Made by a program: the position numbers and the translations under genes
In this document: piece by piece, positions 12,539-25,229 of the stretch
Layout of the letters: each line of letters opens with the position of its first letter
Position numbering within the stretch: position 1 is the first letter of the stretch
Notes under the pieces: model-generated
Told to the model about the DNA's origin: nothing
The model's database searches: none
Seen by the model: only the letters and a program-made list of their open reading frames with translations
Origin: Massalongia carnosa
Taxonomy: Eukaryota
Direction of reading: 5' to 3'
NCBI GenBank assembly: GCA_965645245.1
Contig: OZ287087.1
Span: 496,001-560,000 of the forward strand
DNA length: 64,000 nt

Positions 12539-12999
12539 TTTTAACTTGTAAGGTGCGAGGTCGCGATTGACAGTTTCAAATTTTCTTTATGGCGGTTTGG
12601 TATTTACCGTCCGCCGTAGATGGCGGGAGCTTCTATCCCTTCGTCTGGCAATTTGGCAGCTACCCTAAATAGGCTTAGTGAGATACCGTAGGGCTGAGTC
12701 GCGAACTTCAAAATATTCTCCCCTTTTTTTGTAAATAAGAAGGTAAACATCAGTTGAAAATGATTAAAACATCTACAATTTCTATAGAATAATCATGAGA
12801 GGCATTGAGATAGAAGTTCCTGACCAATCAGACGCTTTGCCGCCCTCAATTCTGAAAGAACAGGCCAAAAAGAATAAACCCAGCGTACAAAGCATAATTG
12901 ACTCCATGCCCCCTCTGTCATCAAATTATTGTCCAATTTCGATCCCATTTCGAAAACCACAGCCAGACGAGACGTTGCGCTTGATAAATCAGACTCCTT

Positions 13000-13370
13000 T
13001 GTCATGGAGTGACTGGGCACCTGCCAGTTAGTTCATTGAACCAACCTTAGCTGCTTGAACGAAGCACTAGCCGGCTAGCCGATCCGAAAGGAACTAAGCT
13101 TAATCCGGTTTAGTCAGGGCAAGGTAAGTGTTCCGGCTGAAGGTAAGTGTTCGGACTGTCAATAGTGTCATAGCGATAGTTTCATGCCAGGGACTTGGGA
13201 AATTGGATCAACGGCTGGATTGGGACTGGTTCCGTTCGCCAGAGTCTTATACTCGCCCACGTTGGATTTTCTGTTTCTTTTCTCCTTGTCGAACGTCTTG
13301 TCTACCTAGCTAGACAATCAAGTAATACGTTTGCACCATCTGAATTTCTACCTGACCTCGCACTGTTACA
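13000..13370 (+). mobile_element. Solo LTR of the Gypsy family found complete at 24873-30736
   Basis: TG..CA termini, TSD tcctt, sequence matches the Gypsy LTR. Confidence 0.93.
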
Positions 13371-14400
13371 TCCTTTCAGTTTATTCTGCCTCTTCTTTAG
13401 CTTTGAAATTCTTGAAATCATAGCTAAAAACACCAATATTAAAGCGAAAAAGAAGTATGTCCTAAACGACATCAAGAGACGTCAATGGCATGACACCTCT
13501 TCTTCTGAAGTAGGAGCTTTTCTGGGAATTCTGTTATATATGGGGTATACACTGATGCCACGTCTTCCTGACTATTGGAACACGTCTCCTAAATTTGCCA
13601 TACATGACATGGTGATTCAAGGCATGATTCTTCGAAGATGGGAGCAACTCAAGCGAGTTTTGAAGATATCCAACTCCGACGAAAATGAGATCATTGATAC
13701 TCGAGGCCCTGATTGGTGTAAAAAGCTGGAACCATTGGCCACAGACTTTCGAAAAGCATCAAAGAAATACTGGATTCCTGGAAGTCATGTGTCAGTTGAC
13801 GAGCAATTGATTTTATTCAGGGGTAGGAGCTGCCATACTATGCAAATAGCCACCAAGGCGGCTGGTGTAGGCTTCAAAATCTATAGTTTATGTCAAGAAA
13901 ATTATCTTTTTGACTTCTTATTTACCTCCAAGGTGAGTAGAAAAGGCCTCAATTTGCATCGTACTAATTGCAAGACAGGTGTCCAAAATTAGTGAGTTAA
14001 AAACGCCAGGACAATTGAAATTTCCGACAATCAAATGGGATTTGTCTCCTTCCTCCCTAGTCGTCATTCAACTGGCTCGAAGTTTACCGTCTGATGAAGG
14101 CTTGAAATACGTCATCTTTTTGGACAACTTCTTCACAAATACGAAGCTATTCAAAGCTCTGAAAACCATTGGAATTGGTGCCTGTGGGACGGCTAAATCT
14201 GGATGCGGTTTTCCTGTTGATCTTCTACGTCTGAGGGTTGCAGCCACCAAGAATAAGGACTGGGGAAAGAAGGCATTGATGACGGTACCTGCAAATAAAA
14301 GTAAAAAATCAAACATTGATGACGGGGACATTCTGTGTATGGCATGGGTGGATTTAAACACCGTGCAATTCATGACCACGGTTCATACAATTGAGGATTT

Positions 14401-14824
14401 TGTCACGGAATCGCTTCGCACCCTCCCGATTGTCCTGATCGGGTTAGTATTTAACAGGGCCCATTGCTGTCATCCATCGTGCTCAGGCGTTCTTCTGCCG
14501 CCCTCAGCGCACTATCAATCTCCTACAATCCGCATCCAATCTCAACGTCTCCACTATCCAGGCTTATGACTGAGAGTGCTTCAGCACAGATAAAGGCGGG
14601 ATAGGTCAAAGCAATCATGTTAAGGAAATTAGTACAGGAACAGAGACGGGGCAAGTCGAGAATAGGAGAGTTGAAAGCCATGGCTATAAAGTCTATGTGG
14701 TTTCCCAGGTGTTTAGAGCTCTTCATCGGACGTCTTGTGTATTATTCTCTACTTCTAGTTTTAGCATATCTAGATATCCGTTCTGCAAGATAGAGTCTTG
14801 TATCTCTCCAGCCCTCCCCTGACA
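14401..14824. mobile_element. Solo LTR (unassigned family)
   Basis: tgtca...tgaca termini, TSD gattt. Confidence 0.88.
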
Positions 14825-15871
14825 GATTTGAAAACTTCTTTCTACAAGAATTCCCGTCGACGTCGTGGAATTCCTGCAAATTCCAGAGTCATCGTTGATG
14901 ATGAAGAAGAAAAGCTTCCATTTCCCATGCCCATCGTGGTATATAACCAGCACATGGACGGGTCAGATGGGAATGCTCAGCAAAGAGTATATTATTCACC
15001 TCAAAGATCTGATCGTCGCTACTGGTGGTCAATTTTCATCTTTCTTCTGGATGCAGCCGTTCTAAATGCCTTCAATTTGTGGAGAATTCTGTATCCGAAT
15101 TCAACACTCAGCCATTTGGACTTTCAAAAAGAAATAGTAAATGCCCTACTATCCAATCAAGCCGGTGCCCGACGGAAATGTCCGACAGATGTCATAGTTA
15201 CTACTAATCAAGACGTTAATAAAGACGTCGAGTCAACTTGCAAATGGGAGCATTTGAATAAGAAGGACTATTGTTTGGCCTGCAAAAGGCAAGTGCCAAG
15301 ACTCAAACGACTCCGACCACTTGCGGAAATTGATGAAAATTGCACCAAAAGACGACGTGCAAGTCAGACCAGATGGCAATGTAAGAGCTGTGGACCATGT
15401 TGCAAAAAGGAGGCATGTTGGGAAATTTTACATAGATCATGAGGGGTGATTGAGGTGTTGTACCCATTATCGTTGAAAAGGGAAAATCTGATTGGCCAGA
15501 TTAAAGTTATTAGTCATTACCCGGAGAAGGCGCGTGTAAAATTGAATATTACCGAAATGGCTGCCAAATTGCCAGACGAAGGGATACCTCGGACGTTTTC
15601 TATTTTTCATACCACGTAGCTCCCGCAGCACCATTAGTCAGCCCCATTTGCTTACTTACATCACCTGGCTTATATTCAATAAACTTGTCTTATGTTCAAT
15701 GAATATACACTATTCAATCCCACATAAGTATAGTAAATTTCTCGCTGCTTAGATGAGAAAACCCCCCCCCCGGTGCCAGCATATAAAATTTCCTCCGGCG
15801 CCAACATAGAAAAATTACCCCCGGTGCCAAGATAGAAAATTCCCCCCGGCGCAACTTAGAAAAACCCCCCC

Positions 15872-17839
15872 TTAGTCATCATTTTCATCTCGTCGCCGCT
15901 TCCAAAACCCCCCCGTCGCCGCCTCATCTTTCAGCTCTTGCAAGGCCTCCTCCACCTCCTGTCTTCTGATTAGGCCAGTCAATTTCTCCAGCCAGCCAAG
16001 CCATCTCTCTTTTTGAGGATTTCTTTCCTCAGCTGTCCAATCAGCGGTGTGCTCCATAACTTCGTAGAATTTGTCTTTTATAGTGTCTAAAACCTCCCTC
16101 ATCTGCAGCATATGACGATCAGGTTCCTCGATATCTTCGTGACGTTCAATATTCAGTCTAGCCGACGTTTCATACACTTCGAAGCCGCTATCTTCAAACA
16201 TCTCGGCCCAAGCCAACCAATCGGACTGCTGAAACGTCTCGAAGACGATATGATATTGCCATAGATGCCTGCATGGAAGTTGATATTGTCGATAAAATCA
16301 ACAATCTACAGGACATGTCAGCTCATCTGGCATTTCACCTGCCGGTGCTTCACCGTCTGCTATGCTTTTAGCAGCTAGCTTCTATTGATCGACTATAAGC
16401 TTTTGCACTGGAAAGGGAAATTTTCGTAGATAAGGGCATTCCTGGCATTCGGCCGTGCTAGTAGTACGAAAGCTAGCTTTTTCAGCGCGAGCTCTATTTT
16501 CCCATTGATCCCCTACGCGAATCACATGATTTGCAGCCCCCGTCAACGAAAAAGTCATGAAATCCGCTTTACCTATTATACTAATTAATGTGGCGAATGA
16601 AGCTTTAAAAATATGACGATCTTACCATCTGCATGCTTTTTAATGGATGCATGCCAAGATTCAACCGGATTAGTGGTCATGCATTGCATCAATAAGCATG
16701 AATGCTGACGGGCATAATTAGCCCATTGAGACTTAGTCAACATCCATTCTCGTTCTATATATTGACGTTTTTCTTCAGGGGCTGCTTTTAAAGCTTTTTT
16801 GATACTGTCATCGCATTCGAGCTCGGTTTTCATGAAATATAGAGCATCATATAGATGCTTTTTGGCATTTTGACATCTGGCACCACTAAGTTTTCGATTC
16901 AACGTACGCTCTGAATGGGTGCGACAAAGAAAATGTGAAACCTCTATCTCCCCTGCTTTCAGGCCTTGAAAGGCAAGGCTGACGCCTCGTTGCTCGGCTG
17001 CAGAATCATCAGTGAGGATGTAACGAAGTCTCCATGCCCTAGACCATTGTTTGATTTGACGAAGAAATTCTCCTATGATATCACCGTCTTCGTTGCTAGC
17101 TAGCATATGAGCTCCAGGAATCCAGCTTCCATATTCGTCGCGAATCATCAGGGTAAATAAATTCCATTTCAGATGATTAGTATTATGAGTGCTATCAATC
17201 AAAGTCAAATGACCACGTTTCATCAAAATTTTCAATCTAGACCTTTTTACAAATGCTATAGCGTTATGATTTTTCTCCATCAACTGCACGACTTATTTCA
17301 AGCTTTGCAGCTAAAACGTCTTCGCCCAATACTTGCAAAGCATCAAAACAATCCTTCAATTGATCAACCCAGGCCTCTTTAGCCCCCAATACTCGTGCAT
17401 CAGGATGCGCTCTTTTGAAATCAATGCTAGCATTGTGAACGGCCTTGAGGTTAAAATGCGAGCCCCCTGCGTCTTTCAAGGTTTCAGAATTTCCCCGCCA
17501 TTTAATGCCTTGCATATTTCGATTGACGACGGCCGGGATAGGATTTTTGAATCCGTTTTTTCGTCATCGCCCCTGTATGATTATGCACCCAGATGTTGTC
17601 CACAAACGGCCAGAATTGTGCATATTCATCCGCCGTCAAATCTACTCTGCATGCAGCTGAAATGCTTGCTGACGAATCAATAACAGATTGGGTGGAAGAG
17701 ACAACAAGGTGGAAAGCGGAAGCGGAGCGGAGGAAGCTGGTCCTCGGGCGACAGTCAGTTGACTGTTGACGTCTTGATTGACGGCGTCTTGACTATCAAG
17801 GTCGCTTTCGGGTTTGGTGGCATCGAAATATGAAGACAT
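15872..17839 (-). pseudogene. MULE transposase (MULE DDE + SWIM), frameshifted
   Basis: LIDSTHNTN, ILTDDSAAE, FLCRTH, TTNPVESWH motifs and a YQLPCRH SWIM remnant; broken into several ORFs. Confidence 0.85.
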
Positions 17840-18396
17840 GTTGAATAACTTCAAAGTTGGAGACAGCGAGGTATGATTATTGAAGACGGTGAGATAGGGG
17901 AGACGCGTCCCATGTTTACATCAATATTTAGTTTTAGCCCTTACGAGGTTAGGGGGCTGACTAGTTATGCAGCGGGAGCTATGTGGTATGAAATTTAAAA
18001 AAAAAAACGTCTGAGGTTTAGAAGTCCCCTAGATGGCGGGGCTGAATCCTAAGGTAGGCTAGATTTCGATGAGAACGAGCTTATACCTACCTATATCATA
18101 AAGGGGCACGCTCTGCCATTCAGAATAACCGGACCCTGTCATCTCCGTTGAATCCGGCGCCTCTGACGACGACCCCGTCGCTGATGCGGAGCAGTGCTCA
18201 GGCTCCGGGATGTAGGTCAGACATAGTTCACATACTACGCTATGGTATCTTGAATGACCGACCATCTTTTGCGGTTTGTGATTGTAAGCTGTGATCGGTG
18301 ACTGCCGGTATTTTACGATTTGCGCGTGAGTTCGAGCTGATGATCTACAGACCAAGCGCCTCCTGTCCGCACAAGAGCAGATGTCAGATCGCTACC

Positions 18397-20278
18397 ATGC
18401 CACCTATTTCAGACCTTGTGCAGCTTTCAAAGCTCGAGACTCAATTCCACTCTGATCCGGAATATACGCAACACGTCCAGTACGTTTCTGGAAGTACGGC
18501 TAGACAAAGAAAAGTTTGCATGGAGGAAAAATGGATGAGAGAAAGGATGCTAGTTTCGGAATCGTCTGGTTAGAGCGGTGTATTCAAGGGAACAGTGAAG
18601 GGAAAGTACGAGCCGTAAAGAAGGTCCGAAAACTTGAGTCAAGCGATTATTACAGAGAATTGGAAGCTATTGCTCTGTTTTCTCACAGCAATGTAAGTCT
18701 ACTGCTGTGATTTTTTCACAATACACGTTTTCACACTTTAAGCTAACGTCAAGCTAGTACGAACGATGCTTTGTCAAGTCCTTCGGCTGGTATGATGATA
18801 GCGACAGCATATTCATTACTATGGAGTACCTTTCATATGGTGATTTGCACAAGTACCTCGGTTCACCGCTACCAGAGAAGGAAGGACAGCATATCGTTTT
18901 TCAGATTCTTGAAGGCTTACAATTCATGCATGATAAAGGGTTCGCTCACAGAGATTTAAAGCCAGCTGTAAGCCTAGCTACATGCATAAATAAATCAAAA
19001 ACATTACCTAATACTCCAAGTAATACAGAACATACTAGTTGTGTGCAAAGGCCCAGATTGGTGGGTCAAGATCGCAGACTTTGGAGTCAGCAAGCGGGCA
19101 ACAGAGGGACTTACAGCATTGAGAACCCAAAGAGGCACACCTGCTTTTACGGCACCAGAAGTACTCGGCTTGATTCAATCGAACGACGAATCAAATGATT
19201 CGTATACAAACGCTGTCGATATCTGGTCTCTAAGTGTTATCACATTCTTCATACTCACCGGCGAGATTCTTTTGAAAGACCTGCGCCGTCTAGGTCAGTA
19301 TGTTGCGGGCAACTTTAAATTTCCTTTGGATGTCTTGCTTGTAAACAAAGTAAGCGGACAGGGATGCGAATTCTTAAAAAGCTCAATGGCGTCAAAATCT
19401 GAGGATCGTCCAAGGGCTAATGAATGTTTACAACATTCGTGGTTGGATTTTCTTATAGAAGAGGCGGCTCCCGACACTCCAAGGTATTACTTCTTATAGA
19501 TGGAGACAGAAAATTATTATAATATCTTATAATAATAATATTGTAGTGTTGCTGATATCTTTGCAGAAAAATCAATGTTACAAAGCCAATGTCAACACCG
19601 CTGGACTGTTCAGATCCTGAGCCCTCTGCTAATTGGAGCATTCAAGACTCAATCTCGGCCTACGAGACGTATAGCTCTACGGGCGTGCTTACTAAAAAGA
19701 CTTTATCTACTTCCAAGGAAGCAGTAGCATCTTCAAAATCAGAACCAGCGACTCAAATCTATTGGCATATGGCAAGCATCCTCAAGGGTCATTCGGATTC
19801 TGTTCAGGCGGTGGCATTCTCGCCAGACGGGAAGCAGATCGCGTCTGCATCGTGGGACACGACGATTAGGCTCTGGGACTCGGCCACGGGGGCTTCGCGC
19901 AACATCCTCAAGGGTCATTCGGGTGGGATTCGTGCGGTGGCATTCTCGCCAGACGGGAAGCAGATCGCGTCTGCATCGAGCGACACGACGATCAGGCTCT
20001 GGGACTCGGCCACGGGGGCTTCGCGCAACATCGTCAAGGGTCATTCGGATTCTGTTCAGGCGGTGGCATTCTCGCCAGACGGGAAGCAGATCGCGTCCGC
20101 ATCGTGGGACACGACGATCAGGCTCTGGGACTCGGCCACGAGGGCTTCGCGCAACATCCTCAAGGGTCATTCGGATTCTGTTCAGGCGGTGGCATTCTCG
20201 CCAGACGGGAAGCAGATCGCGTCCGCAACGTGGGACATGACGATCAGGCTCTGGGACTCGGCCACATGGGCGGCGTAA
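18397..20278 (+). pseudogene. Kinase-WD40 gene copy 2, frameshifted; 4 WD repeats
   Basis: Same exon structure as copy 3. A 10-nt deletion (gaagtggcag) at 18553/18554 removes the GSGSFG loop and shifts the frame. Confidence 0.88.
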
Positions 20279-20307
20279 TATGGTTTTCCAGTACCTAGAA
20301 AAGTTTT

Positions 20308-20551
20308 TGTCAAATGTCAGCTATACTGGCATTAACCAACATTGGTCAACGGGCCCGTCACATGCCCGTCACATGACATTGCAACCGCGGCAAAGGTAAA
20401 AATTCTTCATCCCCCACATTCTTTCTTCCTTCGGAGACATCTCTTGATCTATCCCCTGGCGGCATACCTAGCTAGAAAATCATCTATAGATCACCTCATC
20501 TGGTCAAGACGTAAATCATCTCAACTGATCATCAGGGCAAAAAGCCTCAGA
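20308..20551. mobile_element. Solo-LTR-like insertion in the 3' region of copy 2
   Basis: Absent at the homologous site after copy 3. Starts tgtca; TSD gtttt. Confidence 0.6.
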
Positions 20552-20845
20552 GTTTTTCACATAGAAAATTATTACAACCTCCTTCCACACCTACCTCCAT
20601 CGCCCTTTACGTCCTTATATGCCATTTTAATCATTGGGTTATTAATTTCTGCTTCAAAGAATATCGCTCTGCTTTGATTTCTAAGCTACTTCGAAACTCT
20701 TGTCCTGGAATGTACTTTGCTTTGAAATACAATTTGCTTTGAAATCCTAAGTCACGGCGTATAACGACCTCGCGGTTAAATAAGCTTTACCAGTAAGTTA
20801 ACCGATATTGGAATTTGCCGAGATACCTGAATATTTGCGACCGAG

Positions 20846-23800
20846 TTGCCTCAGTACCTTAGACGCGCCCGGCTAAGCCCCTTCGGCCCTTCGGGTTAGC
20901 CTTACAGAACGTTAAGCCCCTTCGGGTTAACAGGCTGACTACGCAGCACATCTGTAGCAAGTCTGAGCCCAAAACTCAAGATTACGGTCAGATATGGCTT
21001 AAGGATCATGACAAGAACGATTTCGACCTTATAGAATAACGTCACAACTTCATTGTCTTCATGTTTGTAACGTCGCCGTCGCTTGATATGATTATGATCA
21101 ATGTATTTTTGATTTTTTCGATATAAATTTCAATCTTTATTTATGTTTATAACGTGCAGAGCAATTATACATACATCTTGTTATTTTCGTTAAGTCGATT
21201 CTCGATTTCTATGCGAAGTGCAATCAGATTGCCCAACATGAACTTTACAACGAACAGGAAATTCAGGGAACTTTTTATACAAATTCTACTTGAATTCTTT
21301 CGAAGAAATAACCCGTGTCAAACGAAAAAGCAAGACGTCAATATGTCGAAAAATCGTAATAATACACGATTTATTACGAATATCTGGATCGGTCCTCCTC
21401 CTTCTACACCATCGGTCCTCACCACGGAGACGCCAAAGGCCTCACCGTGGAGCGACCGACAAACATAGATTTGCTCCTATCTTTTCGCATCAAAACAATG
21501 CTAATTTAACGCGTTCACACGCGTCGCAGACGTACGTACGGAAGAGGATACGAAGGCCAACCGCCGGGGGGTAGAATGCGCGCGTCCCTGCACCATGCTT
21601 CTTAGGGTTCAAGTCCCTTCATGCAGTCATCAGCTGGAAGAAGATGTGGACCAAAGGAGCCGCATCATCCTCCACCCGGGCACAATCGACACGCGTTCTA
21701 GCTTCTGAGAGTTCAAGTCTCCCCATGCAGTTATCAGCTGGGATCTACAGAACGCGTAAAGGCACCGGGGCGAATGCTGTCACCTCAAGAAAACTCCATC
21801 TCGGAGCAGAATAACAATATCCCATTTAATAGGCCCGGCCTGTTAAATAAAATCGAGGAAAAAACAGAGTCACAAAACACATAGTCATCAATCACACGTT
21901 GTACAAAGCACACAGTCACAAACATACAGTCACAAACACACAGTCAAAACACACACAGTCACAAAAAACACAGTTACAAATCAATAACACGTCCCTGTGA
22001 AGGGGGTTCTGCGGTGGCTCGTTAAGACAGATCTGCACCCCGTTAATATCGGCGTACATATTTTTAGAGGTTCAAGTCCTTTCTAGCAGTAATCAGCTGA
22101 AAATGATGCATTTTAACACGGGCATGGTGTGGATTTGACACAGGTAGACCTCGATGGATCACAAAACGAATGAAAAGAGTTCAGCGGAACTTCGTTAATA
22201 TTGTTCTCGAAGACCTCGTTAATAAGGTTTTCATAGACCTCGTTAACAACGTTCAGTCATACTCTTAAAGGTTCAAGTCCTTTCATGCAGTCATCGGCTG
22301 AGAGCTAAAGACGTACGACACGGGTCAGCTATGTCTGTCACACGGGTCTCCTTCGTCTACAACACGGAGCCCTCCGGCTGAAAGAAATAAAACATATAGA
22401 CACATAGTGTAGGGTCACACCCTACACGATACAAGGGATTTGGGTTATGAAAACCATCCGATTGATGGCTACCGTGAGCAACACGGCCCGAACCGGAGTC
22501 GTACCGGGGATGGTGGAGGCAACCTAGTCTTCAAATAGGACACCCTTGGGACAAGAAGAGGGCAATGTACGAGGAACCCGTTAATTGATAACAGTCTAGG
22601 CCCTGAGCTAATAGACGAATTTCAAACGAGCACCCCTCCGAGTTGTCCTCGACTCGTTTTGGTTAGTAGGGACGGAAAATCGATACTATACTGCCTGGTC
22701 AGGAGCATAGTGGTCGAAATCCCTGCGAGACATGGTCGGTTCATAAACGGAAGACCTTTATGAATAACGCGAAGTGGGCGTAATAAACCCGTGAGGCGTG
22801 GTATGCAATGGCGGCCACCGTAAGGAGACCGTCTGCATAGCCCGAGAGGACAGTATGCGCATGTCGGTGTATATAGAGCAGGGAATGTCTATCTCGCTCG
22901 TAACGAGACCCCGTCGGTTAGCCGGCGCATGGGCTACGGCTAGACTCGCCCTTGATATATGCTTAAGGAGTAAACTGGGTTTGACCTGGGCGAAAGGGAC
23001 GTCGTTCACCCCAATCGTAGAATTCATCAATAATCTTGGGCCGTAAAACGCTCCAGTTAGATGAACGAAAACTGGGATTGAGACTTCACGAAGGAGATGT
23101 CAACTCTATTTTATCATTCTTAGCCCGGCGTGGCACCGCGAAGCTACCGTTGCGGCAACGGCCCGACACAAGCAGATGCAAACAATCAAGGCACGACCAA
23201 TGAAGGTCTGGAACGACTCGTGGTGGGCATATCAAAATCGCGTCATCGAACCCTCCATAGCACAATCAGTCCCACTGAGCAAAAAACGGCTGAAAATACA
23301 CACGCAGCTAAAAAAGGCAGAAAGCGCTCTAACAACTCAAATCCGCACTGGCAAAATCGGGTTAGCTGACTTCCTCTACAAGCGACGGGTACCCTCCGTC
23401 ACCTCACCGGCCTGCTCATGTGGCTGGCACAGACAAACTCCAGAACATGTAATCATGTTCTGCAGACTTATTGACAATAGAGAACAGATGTTTCGCGCCG
23501 CCGGCACGAGCGACTATCAGCAGCTGACCAAATCATCAAAAACTCTGAAGATACTAACTGCTTGGCTAATGAAAACAGGGTTATTGAATCAATTCTCACT
23601 AGCATCAACATTATTGTAAAATCAACAATAGTTGAACCTTTCTTTCTTTCTTCTCTTTTCACAAGGCATTACAGTTCCCACACGTCTTTTGCACTGCGTC
23701 TCCCGCCCGACGTCGACCCGTAGTCACATCGGACGGGTATCAAGGGACATGGTTTTTACACCTGTGAAAGGTTTTCCATGTAACATAACTTAGATAGCTT

Positions 23801-24018
23801 TGCCCGCATGGGCCGGCCTACGGCCGGTGTCATATCGGAGTATGAATACATCATCATCATCATTATTACGAATATCTGACCGTAATATTTAGTTTTGCGC
23901 TCAGACGTGCTATCGCAGCCACGTTAGTCAGCTGGGACGCTAATCCGAAGGAGCTTAGCGAAATAGGCTAACCCGGAGGGGCTTAGACGGCCCACGCACG
24001 TCTGAGGTACTGAGGCAA
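20846..24018. mobile_element. Non-autonomous foldback/TIR element (~0.68 kb without its insert)
   Basis: ~150-bp imperfect inverted ends (ttgcctcagtacc..ttacggtcagatat and atatctgaccgtaa..ggtactgaggcaa); TSD cgaccgag. Confidence 0.75.
21387..23862 (+). mobile_element. Chimeric retrocopy B: same ncRNA-like segment (21387-23123) fused to the 3' end of a different Tad1-like LINE (23124-23862)
   Basis: 16-bp TSD ttattacgaatatctg at 21371-21386 and 23863-23878; (ATC)n tail; LINE ORF remnant 23176-23619 (TQIRTGKIGL, CSCGWHRQTPEHVIMFC). Confidence 0.88.
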
Positions 24019-25229
24019 CGACCGAGGTTCTTTTACCTCCTGCTTACTAATTTCCAGATTAGGCAATCATATGCTATATGCGAAAAGCTTCAGATATCGG
24101 CACGACTTCGGCAACTACGAGGAGGCAAAGGTATGCCGCAAAAATGCTACATTTCGGAGGCAATTCAGCTGTTCATGATCACTTAGTGTCTCGGTGTTTC
24201 CGGTCAGCATTAAGGTGTATTTTGCCCAGCTGAAAAGGTTCAAAGGAAGCAGGTTTATGCATTTGATATATGCCGAAATGGAGGCCCTCAAGCAGTATAA
24301 AGAGACGGTGATTCCTCATGTAATTTAACTATTCAGTCGTTCAGAATTCAGTTCAGCAGATAGCTAAATTTGGAGTATCTTCACTGGAAATACGGAGTAT
24401 CTGCATCACGTTTGCCAAGCACTTCTCTTTATGACAATCATGCTATTATACCTACTGTGACGAAGCGAGATAGTGAATAGATTTCTACCATTGCGCCACC
24501 TGTCCTTCCCGACCAAAAGGCACAATACTTAGTCCGCAGACCAAGCTCTATTCTACTATAACTGGGACTCCTGCTATGTTCGCTGTAGGTCCTGCCGTCC
24601 GCACCACGCTTGGTCGAACCGTTACACCTACAAAGTGAATCTATAATTTCATATATAGCACCGTTTGGTCCCTGGTGAGCAGATATTGGCCACTTCAGCG
24701 AGTTTCTAAGAATCATAGAAGTGTAGAAGTATGAGGTTATTCATTTTGTTATTTTCATGATTCTCTGACTCTCTACTTCTAAGGTCTAAAATCATCCAAG
24801 TCCAGGATGCGTGCCGCTTACCGGAATAGGTCTACTGTTATACGTGACCATAATAATGTCTAGCGCCATAGGTGTCACGGTGCGAGGTCAGGTAGGAATT
24901 CAGGTGGTGCAAACGTGTTACTTGATTGTCTAGCTAGGTGGACAAGACGTTCGACAAGGAGAAAAGAAACAGAAAATCCAACGTGGGCGAGTATAAGACT
25001 CTGGCGAACGGAACTAGTCCCAATCCAGCCGTTGATCCAATTTCCCCAAGTCCCTAGCATGAAACTATCGCCATGACACTATTGATAGTCGGAACACTTA
25101 CCTTTGAACCGGATTAAGCTTAGTTCCTTTCGGATCGGCTAACCGGCTAGTGCTTCGTTCAAGCAGCTAAGGTTGATTCAATGAACTAACTGGCAGGTGC
25201 CCAGTCACTCCATGACACCAGCTCCCCTT

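Larger units (their letters stand above)
3662..12622 (-). mobile_element. TIR DNA transposon encoding a Clr5-HTH + integrase-core (DDE) transposase (IS3EU-like, tentative); carries a LINE chimera
   Basis: Perfect 36-bp inverted repeat catctacggcggacggtaaataccaaaccgccataa at 3662-3697 and 12587-12622. A homologous left end also lies downstream of copy 3 (~49318). No matching TSD. Confidence 0.75.
12795..15442 (+). pseudogene. piggyBac transposase disrupted by two solo LTRs
   Basis: ORF pieces 12795-, 13371-13932, 13979-14400, 14825-15442; intron gtgagt..cag ~13933-13978. Confidence 0.85.
12637..15583 (+). mobile_element. piggyBac-like transposon
   Basis: Perfect 24-bp TIR cccttcgtctggcaatttggcagc. 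Transposase motifs VSVDEQLILFRGR, FLDNFFT, YNQHMDGSD and a C-terminal Cys cluster. Confidence 0.92.
12625..18029 (-). mobile_element. Mutator-like element (MULE), left TIR split by a piggyBac insertion
   Basis: TIRs gggagcttct..cctcggacg..tagtcagcccc and ggggctgacta..cgtctgagg..agaagtcccc; TSD tagatggc(g) at 12617 and 18030. Confidence 0.88.

Noticed and set aside
15758..15871. C-rich ~29-bp repeats
   Set aside because: Subterminal repeats of the MULE; no separate function evident.
21590..22305. Bona fide tRNA genes at the GGTTCAAGTCC motifs
   Set aside because: No upstream D-arm, anticodon arm or 7-bp acceptor stem could be folded.
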